This document shows, piece by piece, positions 1-12,903 of a stretch of DNA of 64,000 nucleotides. Position numbers and translations under genes: made by a program. A model generated the notes under the pieces. It had not been told where the DNA came from. It searched no databases and worked only from the letters and a program-made list of their open reading frames with translations. The DNA is taken from assembly GCA_951406725.2 (NCBI GenBank), contig OX597815.1:112964001-113028000 (forward strand), in the 5' to 3' direction. The stretch's first letter is position 1; each line of letters opens with the position of its first letter. The stretch comes from Octopus vulgaris. Taxonomy: Eukaryota.

Positions 1-68
1 TTATTATTATTACTATCATTATTATTAAGGCGGCGACCTGACAGATTATTATTATTTTTATTATTATT

Positions 69-276
69 AAGGCAACGTGCTGGCAGAATCGATAGTACGC
101 CGGGCAAAATGCACAGCGGCATTTCATCTATCTTTGCGTTCTGCGTTCAAATTCCGCTGCGGTTGACTTTGCTTTTCACCCTTCCGAGGTCGATAAATTA
201 TGTACCAGTCGAGCACTGGTATTGATGTAATCGACTAGTCATCTCCCCCAAAGTTTCAAGTCTTGTATCTATGGTA
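69..276 (+). mobile_element. tRNA-derived SINE (family A, recurrent in window)
   Basis: A-box-like TGGCAGAATCG and B-box-like GTTCAAATTCC; the body GACTTTGC.TTTCA.CC.T.CG.GGTCGATAAA..A.GTACCAG recurs many times in the window; preceded by (ATT)n. Confidence 0.8.
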
Positions 277-319
277 TTATAACTATTATTAGTATTTTGT
301 CTTTATCACAAGTTTTCTT

Positions 320-1025
320 GGATCTCCTGGACACCTGGATGAGTGGTCATCTGGTCAGGATGAAAGATTCAAGGATGAAAAAACAACTCCTGTATGGAGA
401 GTTAGCTAAAGGAGAACGACCTCCACATAAACCAAAAAAGAGGTATAAAGACTTGCTGAAGGCTTCCTTAAGAGATGCTAGCATCTCTCCTGACACATAG
501 GGGAGGACATAGCTATTGACCGTAGCAGGTAGAGATGGCTTGTGCATGAGGGGAGAGCTACTTTTGAGAAACCTCGAGTTGCGCAGGAGAAAGGAACGAG
601 GTATGTCAGGAAGGGCATCATTGTTGCACTTCCAGACGTTAAGGGTCTTCCTATGATGCTGACATGCAGTGTCTCTGCAAGACCCTGCCTCAGTAAAGCT
701 GGACTCATGAGTCATCTTCGTAGTCATAAAGCGAGACTGAGGATTAACTACCAGGCTGCTGGTGGTGGTGTTACACGCCATACTAATCATATCTGTCAGG
801 TATGTAGAAGGGAGTGTAATTCGGTAGGAGGACTTAAACGACATGCAAAGGTACATGAAGCCCAGTTACAACTACAACCGGCTATTGCCAGAAAGGTTTT
901 AGCTGCTAATTCTGTACAAGCCATTGTAGATCTTTAGCTGGGCTAAAAAGTCACATTCGATCACAGCACCGATAACGGTTAAGCCTTTTGCAATGGCCAT
1001 ACTCGATAACGAGGGGGTAGCCATC
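320..1025 (+). mobile_element. RTE-clade LINE, 5'-truncated, decayed ORF C-terminus with three C2H2 zinc fingers and short 3' UTR
   Basis: Translation WMSGHLVRMKDSRMKKQLLYGELAKGERPPHKPKKRYKDLLK matches the RTE post-RT W.GH..RM...R.PK..LYGEL..G.R motif; then CSVSARPCLSKAGLMSHLRSH, CQVCRRECNSVGGLKRHAKVH and a frameshifted C*FCTSHCRSLAGLKSHIRSQH; stops and frameshifts present. Confidence 0.85.
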
Positions 1026-1641
1026 AAATATATATGTATATATGTATGTATGTAGATTTATATGTATGTATAAATATATATATGAGTGTGTATATGTGTG
1101 TATGTGTGTATGTGTGTGTGTGTATACATATACACTGAACTGAAAATTTCCATACACAAATACATTAGTCCCCGGTACTTAATTAATAACATACTGTATG
1201 AGTATACGGTTCCGTTTCATTTTCAATGATTTTGCTCTATTCATATAACTCGACGTTTGTCTACAAGAAAACTGTTTCATAACAAGTGAAAAGTACTGAA
1301 ATTAATCTTGAACCAGAAAAAAATACCTACTTAAAGACTTCATTTTCCATTTCGATAAAATTTAGTGATTGCTTTTGTTTGTTATAATAATTTGCACATA
1401 CGTTATATTTAGCATCTATCGTGTATTTGACAGGTGCGTATTTGAGTGTCTAAGAAACTGGATACGTGTATGCATAACTGTAATTATAGAACCTAAACTC
1501 TTCTGTTATATCAAAGTACCTCCATCATAAACAGTAGTTTCTACCTTCAAGAAGTCGGTTAGGGAGATAGACATACTGAGAGAGACTAACAATCAGCAAA
1601 TCAGACAAGCAGTCAGACAGACAAACAGACAGCCAGGCAAT

Positions 1642-1742
<101 letters not shown>

Positions 1743-2460
1743 GGGGGAACTTTTTGTTTCATATTTCTCTGAAGTCAGTGTAATTCCTAAATCGATCGGT
1801 TTTATTTTTAAACTACCAATATTTGGCATCATGTTGAACGAATTCTTCAAGGTCGCTAAATCAGTTAATCAAAAGATATATTCTTATTTCTGAGACGATC
1901 AGTTATTTTTGATGGCAGATTAACAAATATCTTGCTCTTACCAATTTCTTCTAGTTAACTCGGTATATGTTTTCTATAAATTTTAGCCACTGTCACAAAA
2001 ATAGCTATATTTATTTCGAATGTCAAGAAATATTTTACATTAATAGTCGTTTCTTGAATGTCATGATAACTTTCATAGAAAAAGACGTTAATCCGTCTTA
2101 ATGCACCGAGTTTACAATTTTTTTTCCATTCTCTAGTTGGTTTTAATTATTGGACTGCATCCCCGACAGAGGTATCGTATCAAGGGTATTAATTCCAATA
2201 CTTTTTCTGATACGCATTTTATCGATTACTGTTGGGTGTCAGACTTGACCCTGGGTTACTTTCCTTTTAAGGAGTTACTATTCGGAAGTAAATACGACGA
2301 GAAATTGTCACTGAATAAACGCCAGTGTGCATAAAAACAGATACAGATGCATGCATATGCGCACACACACACACACGCGCACACACACTCTGACACAAAC
2401 ACAAACACATGTATATATGCATCGTTGTATGTATATGTATATATGTATACATTTATATGG

Positions 2461-2665
2461 CATTCGTCATGATAGATCGTTAGCCACTAAACCTCTTTCT
2501 ATTTTTCTCCCTGTTTATTTTTGTTGCTCTCTATCGAAGAGCGTAGGCGCGAAACGTAAAAGACTTTCTCACTTCCCTAGCGTTAAGCTAATACATATGT
2601 TTGTTGTTTACACACCCGTCTTCATATTTTGTTCTTTTTTTGTAAATTCTCACTATATATATATA
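2461..2665 (+). mobile_element. short PLE pLTR-like remnant with degenerate hammerhead motif
   Basis: TCGAAGA-GCG TAGG CGC-GAAA-CG-TA-AAAG at 2534-2562; ends in (TA)n. Confidence 0.45.
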
Positions 2666-2891
2666 TATGGATGAATTGATGGATGGAAATATATTCCACA
2701 AAATTAAATAAGCAGGACCAGAGGAGACACATAGGACAGAAAGTGACTAATAATGTCACAGAATGTATGACGTAAAACTTTGACACAAGAATAAACTAAA
2801 CTGAAGATCAAATAAGTAGTACGGGTGTTTAATTAGCAAAAACTAACCATTCCCAAGTATAACAATATATATATGAATACATATATATATA

Positions 2892-3009
<118 letters not shown>

Positions 3010-3240
3010 TATATATAGGAAATTTTTAATTTCTTTTAGAAGTTGTAACAGACCTTCTTGTCTGCTCTCTCGCTTGCTTGCTCGCTCTCTCTCTCTCTCT
3101 CTCCCTCGCTCTCCAAATCATTAATTACTTTCGTTATGAAAATGAAACTTATTAATCTACACAGAAATCATTGATGCGTTATTGGGTCACCATTACATAA
3201 TGGCGGAATCACATATGGTGTTTCAGTATCAAGATAACAT

Positions 3241-3397
3241 ATTGGAGCTCATTTGCATCAAGCAGGATTGGAGCTCATTTGCATCAAGCGGGCATTGGGG
3301 ATCATTCGCATCAAGCGGGATTGGAACTCATTTGCATCAAGCGGGATTGGAACTCATTTGCATCAAGTGAGATTGGAGATCATTTGAATCAAGTGGG
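3241..3397. repeat. 26-bp minisatellite, 6 units (ATTGGARCTCATTTGCATCAAGCGGG)
   Basis: Six visible tandem units with few substitutions. Confidence 0.95.
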
Positions 3398-3829
3398 AAG
3401 TACATAGTGTTAATGAATTGAAATTAGTCAATTGGGGTTCGAATGTATCTTGCAACTTATCCCCACTTTTTATCACTCTTATTTCTGTTGGTTTAAAGAG
3501 ATCAATAATCAACAAAGTCCGAAGAGTAACGAATACTCCGTGTCCTTTTTATGTAACAAGGAGCAATGCCAACAGAATACGACCCATCTCTGTCATCCAT
3601 CTCTGATCACATGCAACATGCCACATTCTACTCAGCTCTTACCAGCACTGCAAGCTAACAGTCGTTAGCACTCCATTGCAGTGGCAGCAATGGCGCGCTA
3701 ACGATTGTTAGCTTATAGCGAAAGTTACTTTTCTTCTTTCTCATAACTATTAACAACAAAATACTCTGAACTATTGAATATCTTGAAGAAAATGCCGTCA
3801 TTCCTCCGTTCCTTTAAATATTAACACTG

Positions 3830-4111
3830 CACAACCAGTGCTCTCTCTCCCTCGTTAACTTTACACGGTCTCACAATCACTGAGGATCTCAGATGGTGAA
3901 TATATATCCTGAACATATCTAAGGCTGTATCTCAAAATTGTCCCTTTTCAGATCGAAACAATCACCTGTCAATCGGTGAACCCCTATAAAGCTCAAGTAT
4001 AACTAATAAAGAAGTCTTGCTCTCACATCTAGGACGGTGCAGCAGCAGGTACAGAGATTCTGCCCCTAGAGAAAGTCTACTCCAACTTTGACCACACAAA
4101 CGTGCTGTTTC

Positions 4112-4174
<63 letters not shown>

Positions 4175-4490
4175 CCCTCCCTACTTCTCTTTCGTTCTCT
4201 TACTCTTCCCTTTCTCTCTCTCTCTCTCTCTTTCTCCTCTTCTCTCGCTTTCTCTCTGCCATTACTACAGTTACAACAATGAAGTCTGCTTCCCGGATTG
4301 TCTGATCTAGTGCACTTCCACGCAGACACTCCCTTCTAAAACTCTCTTGTCTCACCTCCTCTTTTCAGCTATATTGTGAACACCCCACTCCAAGCCATGC
4401 GCTAAACCCTGTGCCGAATCATACTTGTCCAGAACATTGACTCCCTCCAACTGTCTCCCTGCCGATGTTTCTTCTACCAGTCGTCGATTA
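3830..4490 (+). mobile_element. decayed CR1/Jockey-group LINE RT C-terminal fragment, interrupted by (CT)n
   Basis: Translations LHGLTITEDLRW*IYILNISKAVSQ and PYKAQV*LIKKSCSHI*DGA resemble LGV.I..DL.W..HI and LYKAQ.RP.LEYCSH.W motifs. Confidence 0.65.
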
Positions 4491-6949
4491 AATCTTTAAA
4501 TTGTTTTAGCTTCAAAGCTGTGGTCATGCCGGGACACTACCGTTGAATTAGTCACAGTTCAAGTGAAATGTTAACGGCATCAATCTTATAGCCTCGCAGA
4601 GCCTGTGGAGGCAATGGGCACTGCCCCTTATCCAAGACTTAAGCAGCTAAAGAAAAAAAACCGAATCGATACAACGAAGTTTAAAAATCTGGATGTTGCC
4701 TAACCTGCTGCTGGTAGTTGAACAAGCTGTCGACTTAATCAACTGAAGTTCTCCAGTTCGATATTGAAAAAATCGTTATTCACCCGTAAACTCACACATT
4801 CATTATATATAATGCATCAACGAACGGAAAGAGGCCATTAATTCATAAGTAGATTTTCGTGGTTTACATGTGCATGCTCATGTTTTCATGTATAGCAACA
4901 TGTTAATGCGTGAAAGTGTGTATGTATGTATATATGCACGAATACGAGTGAGTGAATGGCTTACTACACAAGGGATGGTTATTACGTCAGAGAATCGATA
5001 GCGCAGGCAGAGTTCATTTGTGAGTTAACAAAGGTTGATATTCTGGCTATGCCAATGTGGTGCTGCATTCTTACCAAAGATAGTAAATTCATCATAAATA
5101 TTAAACTCAGTCAATCATATAATCATGAATCATAATAGAAAACTAATTTTTCTGTCCACTTGTGTGAAATATTAAGGCGTGCTTACCCAGATATTACTTC
5201 ACACGCTACAGTTAGCTGCATCATATTATAACACACCGTGAATGGAGGAAAGAGAGAGAGATAGTGACAATAGTGAAGACCAAAGGTGGGGGACACCCTA
5301 CTACCAATACATATCCTATATCCATTCGCATGAGGAAATATTGTATACTCTTTCATTCTTTGACTTGTATCAGTCATTACTCTGTGACCCTGCTGGAATA
5401 ACGTCCTTGTCGGTTTAGTCGGACAAATGAACCTCAGCATGTGTTTTAAATCTGGAACTGATTCTATCGATCTCTTTTGTTTTGGAAAAATAGAAGCTTC
5501 ATTAATAGCCTTGGCAACCTTAAATATAGTGGTGTACATACAGTATCACTAATAAATACAGAAGTGTAACGGCTGTCACTTGTTTGGCTGTTTACTTTGC
5601 CAGCCTTTGTTACGACCACCACTGGAATAAATTAACATAAGAAGAAAGCAGATAGCAAGTGTGTTGTCCAGGGAGCAACACTTCACAAATAATTAAACCC
5701 CGCATCTCGTATGTTCAGAAGGTGCAGCATAGTCCTCAACCAGACATTGGCATTACATGTCTGGGGCAACGGATGATGGGGCTACTTGGTCAGAAATGAT
5801 TTGGAACTCCACAACAACAACAACAAAAAGTCTCTGAGTGAACATCTATGCGGTTATACGAACTGTTAGAAATAATAGTCTGATTTCTTTTAAATGTCAC
5901 CTTAACCCTTTTGTGATTATATTACTGCTGAGATACTCTATGTTTATTTCAATTAATTTTAAGCACACAGAAGAACTTAGCAAAGTAACTTTGTTACTAT
6001 TACTAGCTAGCATAACTTTGTTACTATTACTAGCTAGTGTTATGAACATAAATTAAGACTAAATGTTGGCGTTGAAAACATGACATTTGTATTACAATAC
6101 TAGAGAGAGTGTCAGTCAGGTTGGTGTCAAAAGAGTTTAAAACTAAAGAACGCTTATGAACAATAGAGTTCTGGATAGACTATTTACTTTAATAAAGAAT
6201 ACAGGGTGTATGATCATGGCTTGATAAAAATCAGATCATCATTTTCATCAACGTTTGAAGCCTATTCTATCTATGAGCTAATGTTCTAAGAAACATCTGT
6301 TATATAGTTTGCAATGCGCGCGTATCTCTGCATATATATCAATCTCAAATACACGCATATAAACATACACACATATGGCCATGCGCTTTACATATACACA
6401 CATCTATACGCATAAACAAACATCTATATGTACACGATGAAGAGGAGAAGGAGGAGGAGGATAAAGAAGATGGATGGATCCTCTGTTGATTTCGACGACG
6501 AGCATTTATTGTTCGATCAAGTGAACTGTTTGTTCGTTTACTTTACTTAAGTAGCTGAGTACACCCAGATGCGTGTACCCTTAATATAATGCTCGTTTAG
6601 AATCAGGCGTCTTCCATTTGGTGGGTTATGACACTGTTTTCTTCTATCCACTTGCACTCACAAAGCATGTGACAACACGGGGCTATAGTAAAATAACCAT
6701 GCAACGAGATCGAACTTGAGACAACGTAGTTGTGAATCGATCTTAATTCTTGACCATTCGACCATGTTCCGTCCATGCACACGCATACAAGTTACAATAA
6801 GCAAAAAGTTCGAATTGCATTTTATAATAATGTCTGTAATAAACGAAAAGGATTCCGTCAATATAACCATCAACAACACACTATTTTTACAATGTTTTTC
6901 CAGTTTCTATCATCAACGTTCTCTCCTTTGTTATTATTAATATTCACCT

Positions 6950-7290
6950 CAGCAGCTGCAGCAGCAACAGCAGCAGGAAGAGGAGGAAGAGGAGAAGGAG
7001 GAGGAGGAAGATGAGGAGGGGGAAGGAGATGAGGAGGAGGAAGACGAGGAGGAAGAAGATGAGGGGGAGGAAGACGAGGAGGAAGAAGATGAGGAGGAGG
7101 AAGTGGAGGAGGAGGAAGTGGAGGAGGAAGAGGAAGCGGAGGGGAAGAAGACGTGGAGGAAGAAGACGTGGAGGAAGAAGACGAGGAGGAATACGAGGAC
7201 GAGGAAGTGGAAGAGAATCAGGAGCAAAGGGAGCAGCAGGAGGAGCAGGAAGATGGGGTGGAGGAGGAAGGGGAGGAGGAGAAGAAAAGT
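6950..7290. repeat. GGA/GAA polypurine low-complexity tract
   Basis: About 340 bp, almost purely purine trinucleotide variants. Confidence 0.9.
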
Positions 7291-7800
7291 TGTAGTTGTT
7301 GTTGTTGATGTTGTTGTTGTTGTTCTTGTTGCTGTTTTTCAGCCCTAGATCATCTTCTATAATCAATGTGACCAGCATCGACATCGTTCCTGCTGTGACC
7401 GTAACGTCTTTTTTTTTCATTTTGTGTGTATATACATACATATATATATATATGTGTGTGTATGTGCGTATGTGCGTGTACGTGCGTGTGTATGTCTCTC
7501 TCTCCCTCTCTCTTTCTCTCCTTCTCTCTCTCTCTATATATATATATATTTTTTTTTTTTTAATTTATTTTGTTTATTTATTTATTTATTTATTTATAGG
7601 CCTCTGTTGGACAATGTGTTCGTTTTTATATTTTCCAACACACCAGGGTGCGATTTGATAGTTGTTGCTGTTGTTGTTATACCTGTTGTTGAAGTTGTTC
7701 TTACACTTTCTCGCTGTTATTGCTCTTGTTGACATTGTCATTCATGTGGATGTTGCTGATGATGATGTTGTTTATCTTTATTTTTCTTGTTATTGCTGCT

Positions 7801-7804
<4 letters not shown>

Positions 7805-7844
<40 letters not shown>

Positions 7845-7972
7845 CATTATTATTATTATCATCATCATCATCATTATTATTATTATTATTATCATTATTA
7901 TCATGATCATCATGATCATCATGATCATCATGATCATCCTCATCGTCATCGTCATCATCATATTCATCATTA
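7805..7972. repeat. compound (ATT)n/(ATC)n microsatellite
   Basis: Direct reading. Confidence 0.95.
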
Positions 7973-8605
7973 TTCCTGGTATATTGTTGTTGCTAACGCC
8001 GTATTTATTGTTTGGCCTTTCACGTTGTTGTTATTTATATTATGATTGTTATTATTATTGTTGTTTTTTCTTGTTCTTGCTATTCTTTTCCTGTCTTTTC
8101 TGATAATGTCGTTGTTGTGACTGTTTTTGTTGAGTTTTTTTTTTTTTTTTTTTCTTTTGCTGTTCTTGTCGACGCTGTTGTTATCCATCATTCAAAAACT
8201 TCCATGCTATTATAACATGCAATAAAGAGCAGAATGTGGATTTATTCTTTGTCTTCATACAGTAATAAAACTAACATAATTTCTTCTCTCCTTTTTTTTT
8301 TCCTTTTTAATATCCAACTAATTCCACTTTGTGGTCAGGCTTTTCTTTAAGATTGATGTCATAGTTAAGACTGAAGGTAAAAGAAAAGAGAGGCTGGAGA
8401 GGAAAATAAACAGCATTATATGTATGGGTGTCTAAAAGAAAATGAAATTTATAAATAAAGATTTATAGGCAGAGTCTGAAAGACTTTTGTAGGTGCCTAG
8501 ACAGTGGTCGATATTTCGCTTATTCTGGTCAAATTGCTGTTCTAGTTTATAGTTAAACATTGAATTTTTCCATATATGTCAGTTGAGAGATTTTTATGTG
8601 ATCAG

Positions 8606-8655
<50 letters not shown>

Positions 8656-8688
8656 TTATATATATATATATATTTATTTATATTTATA

Positions 8689-8719
<31 letters not shown>

Positions 8720-9024
8720 CATATATATGTATATATGTGTATATATACATATATATATATGTTTACATATATATATGTGTATATATATACATGTATGTAA
8801 ATATATATATATGTTTGTATATATACACGTATGCATAAGCATATATTCATATATGTATGTATGTATATATGTATACAGGCGTGTATGTATAAAATTTAAT
8901 TTATGAGTGAACTACACGCACACATAAACACACAAACACATATGTACAATCATATACATATATATATTTATATATATATTTATATATATATATATATACC
9001 TACCTACTTACCTACATACATACA

Positions 9025-9059
<35 letters not shown>

Positions 9060-9229
9060 TCTTCAACTGGTATTAGATAGTGTCAACTAAAACTAAACCG
9101 TGTGAGATAATACATTATCATGTTTAATGACGTCTGTGTGTATACAGTTATCTGTAATATACATACACAAAAAATACACCACACACACAAATATACATAT
9201 ATTTATTTATCCATATAAGTATATGTGTA

Positions 9230-9289
<60 letters not shown>

Positions 9290-9292
<3 letters not shown>

Positions 9293-9691
9293 TGAAATAG
9301 AAAGATGAATAATCTTGTTGCAGATTAATCAAAAGTTTAACCGATACCTTGGTAGCAAAAATCACAGCAGAAGACAGCACGGTTGGAGGTACAACCATAT
9401 GGTGTTGCAACCGTGCGTTGGTGCGGATAATTGAATTTTAATATTATTAGTGAATTGAAGAAATGGAGTTTGGCCATGGGCTCTTAGGAGCCTCGTTCGA
9501 TTTGTTTTGCTCCGCCTCTGTTCTGTTTTTGTTTTTTCCAACGGATTTCCTATTTCTTCCTGAAGAGAAAGACACAATATGGTCTCATTATTCAATCGGA
9601 ATTTGGTAAATTGTGCCTTTCGAAACACGTGTAGAATGCAATAAAACGATTTCTGTTCAATCTTCGGTCAACTCCATTTCTTCAATTCACT

Positions 9692-9700
<9 letters not shown>
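9290..9700 (+). mobile_element. PLE pLTR-like element between (TA)n tracts, with a short terminal inversion
   Basis: Contains an HHR followed by AATAAA; ~9670-9698 is the reverse complement of ~9442-9470; (TA)n on both sides. Confidence 0.65.
9557..9636 (+). ncRNA. type-I hammerhead ribozyme, canonical core, extended stem II
   Basis: TTC-CTGAAGA-GAAAGACACAAT...ATTGTGCCTTTC-GAAA-CACGTG-TA-GAA; palindromic stem III. Confidence 0.75.
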
Positions 9701-9735
<35 letters not shown>

Positions 9736-9901
9736 GCATATTTAAGAAAGTAGAAATATCTGCGTATACAAATTTTCTACATCTTTTATATCTTTTACTT
9801 CTTTTATTTGTTTGTCAATAGACTGCGGCCATGCTGGAGCAATATACATATGTGTGTGTATACTGTATTTATATATATATACACACACACATATATATAT
9901 G

Positions 9902-9944
<43 letters not shown>

Positions 9945-9959
<15 letters not shown>

Positions 9960-10456
9960 TGTAGTTGTGTGAGTGTCTGTCCCCTTCGATTTAGATTCCT
10001 AACTACTCCCACATTTTGCGGTGCAGTTTAACCAAATTCGAGTATCTTATAGTTGTGATTCATATCGAACCCGTCTGAGTATTAGCGCGCGTCTACGATA
10101 AGTCTACGATTTTTAAAATAATTTAACATCATTTTTTATTCCATTTTAATGCATAATTTTTCGTGTGTCGATGGCGGCGGAGTTGGCGTCCATGGTCACA
10201 CCTGCACCTGTTTGCTTCTCCCCCTTCTTCCCTCCCTCGTGAAGCTGTGGGGAAGGGAGTGTAAGGAAATCAACGTCGTAAAGCGTTGTCAAGGAGACCA
10301 GCATTCTTTTAGAACAACGACTTCATGGCTTGAAGACACCAAAACAGAAATGGCTAAGAAAGCCCGAATTGGCATCTATAAGGGAAGTAACTCTCTAAAA
10401 ATGCTTATATAGTTATTTCCCTTACAAACCCGAGCAACGCCGGGCGATACTACTAG
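9945..10456 (+). mobile_element. non-autonomous Helitron
   Basis: 5' end (TA)nTAAAACTGTAG..., subterminal hairpin CCCGAGC-AAC-GCCGGG (10429-10444), terminal CTAG followed by T. Confidence 0.8.
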
Positions 10457-10831
10457 TATATATATATATATACACCTACATATATAGAGATAAAGGGACA
10501 CATTTGTATATATTTGTGCTTATACATGTATAGATATTCACATGTATGTATGTACATTTGAGACAGCGTTCAAAGAGACCAGGATCATAGACTGACACAA
10601 TACAACTTATACAAATACTCTTAGAGCCAACACGTATGTTTATTTTTAAATCATATTTATTAGATTTTACCAAAAAACATTATGCCTTCACTTTATACGT
10701 ATTATAAGAACCTGATGTTTTAAAATATTGTCAATTTCCAATGGTCTCGATGAGCTTGAAAACATAATTAAAAATAAAATAATTAAAAAGAAAATATTAA
10801 CTACGGTAGTAATTAAATAATATTCTTAATG

Positions 10832-11678
10832 ATTACATGGAAAAATGCGAGCAAGAGAAATAATATTCTTAAGATTATTACACTTGGAAAAGTTCAGGAC
10901 AACTTATTACATCTGATAAAGTACAGAACAAAAAAATTCTTACTTAGAATATTGCAGCTAAGGATAAAATTTGAATATTAAAGATTATTTTATTTTAACT
11001 TACAAAGCAGCATTATAATTATAAAAAGGTACCATCCGTTTTTTAAATATTGATACACTAGAATACTTTAAAAATGAGAGCCAGAAGTACCAATATAGCT
11101 AAAGTTTTCTGTAAAGTAGAATAGTATATATGGTAGGCAAATTCATTATGTAAAAAATAGGCATTGGGTCAAGACTAAAAATGTGAAGACTTGGCAATAA
11201 CTCAAGCAAATTCTACTGTGAATTTGTTGTTATAGGTAGATTTTACTGTAATATATAACTAATTTTTGTATTATTCTATTTATTGTACTAATTAATGATG
11301 TACTACTATTATTTTTATAACCTATTTTCAAATTTCTAATTATTAACTGATAATTACAAAATGAATTTTTTAAAGTGCAAAAAATATTTTGAGTTATTTT
11401 TGTATTTTTAGTAGAAGTAACAAGTAATAACAAATAGAAGTAATAACATGAAATAAATTTTTTAGTTTCAATAAAAGCTAATATTTTCTGAATCTAAATA
11501 TTTTATTTGAAATTTTATCCTTAGCTGCAATATTTTAAGTAAAAATTGTCTTGTTCTGTACTCTACCAGATGTAATAAGTTATCCTGAACTTTCCCAAAT
11601 GTAATAACTGCTCCTGTAATTTTCCGGGTTTATAATCTTAAGAATATAATTTCTCTTGCTCGCGTTTTTCCACGTAAT
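10832..11678. mobile_element. MITE-like non-autonomous DNA element with ~145-170-bp imperfect terminal inverted repeats
   Basis: 10832-10976 (ATTACATGGAAAAATGCGAGCAAGAGAAA...GCAGCTAAGGATAAAAT) is the reverse complement of ~11510-11678; AT-rich non-coding interior. Confidence 0.75.
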
Positions 11679-12841
11679 ATATACATGTTCGTGTACATGT
11701 GTGTATGAAAATGTGTAAGCGTGTGTGTGTGTGTGTGCGCCTGTCTGAGTTATGTCAGTTTCAGGTCATGATTATGTTTACCGATGTAAACTGGGATGCT
11801 AACGCGTATTCCCGTACTCTAAAACTTACCACTTTGGTAAAGGGTGACAGTTGAAATAAATCCAAGATTGATTTTAAATGGGCCGATTTTAAATACAATT
11901 TTTAAATGGGTTGATTTTAAATATTACTGTGTATGCAAATATTATTTGTATATATATATATATATACATACACACACACACCTATATGCATACACACAGA
12001 GTTACATGTACATGTGTGTGTGCGTGTGTGAGTATGTGTGCGTGTGTATGTGTGCGTGTGTATGCATGTATGCGTGTGTGTATGTGTGCGTGTGTTTAAG
12101 GCCAAGTGCATCATTACATCTTTTCAACCAAATTTCTTCCTGACACATCTTTCATATGTGAATCAAATCAACAGTCGACAAATATTGGACGAACATGCTG
12201 GATCTCAATCTACCATTTATAACATATGATCTTGTGATTGTTTTTGTTACTGTAGTTTCTGTTATTATTGTTATCGTTGTACATGTCCAGCTCAAACACG
12301 ATCGTACAGACATTTTGCCGATGTAATTTCCCCGTCCTCTTGTAAACAAAAGTCTATATAAAAATAGTGTGTTCCACCAATTATAAAACAGTAGGGTAGC
12401 TGTTAAGGAAGTTATAGCATTTATTTCCAGCATGTTGAATGACCATGTACAGGTCATCCTTGTTACCTCGTTGTCAAATATTTGTTGCAATGTAAGGTGA
12501 TGTCTAATTTTGTTCCTTTACCAACCGATTTCAAAACCATTTTTTTTTTTGCCAATTCGATTCTCCCTTTCATCCTCACAAGGCCAATTTATAAAGTAAC
12601 AGTAATATACAGAGAGTTGGTTTAAGTATACTTGCTACCTCAAATTTGTGGATTTGTTTCAATGTAAATAATCAATATTTGTTGTAATTCAGTAATTATG
12701 CCAATTGTTGATTGAATTCATTTTGCAATTAAGCTAATTGCTGACGCGTGGACTTGGTTTTCTCGCGTTGGTCGTATCCAAAAGTAATAATGCTGTTGAG
12801 CAAGAAACAAATTTCCTGAAAACGAATTATTATTATTATTA

Positions 12842-12902
<61 letters not shown>

Positions 12903-12903
<1 letters not shown>

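Noticed and set aside
5183-5539. 118-aa minus-strand ORF containing RICIGSRVSP, reminiscent of the PLE RT G...GS..SP motif
   Set aside because: A single short motif with no other RT motifs recognisable; needs a profile search.
7011-7348. Arg/Gly-rich protamine-like ORFs
   Set aside because: A by-product of the GGA/GAA low-complexity tract; no gene structure.
8339-8376. Possible 38-nt micro-exon (CAG|...GAAG|GTAAAA)
   Set aside because: Splice signals are only moderate and such matches are common by chance.
12152-12490. Minus-strand ORF with NYIGK (possible GIY-YIG)
   Set aside because: No upstream GIY/VIY motif or downstream conserved Arg/His/Glu.
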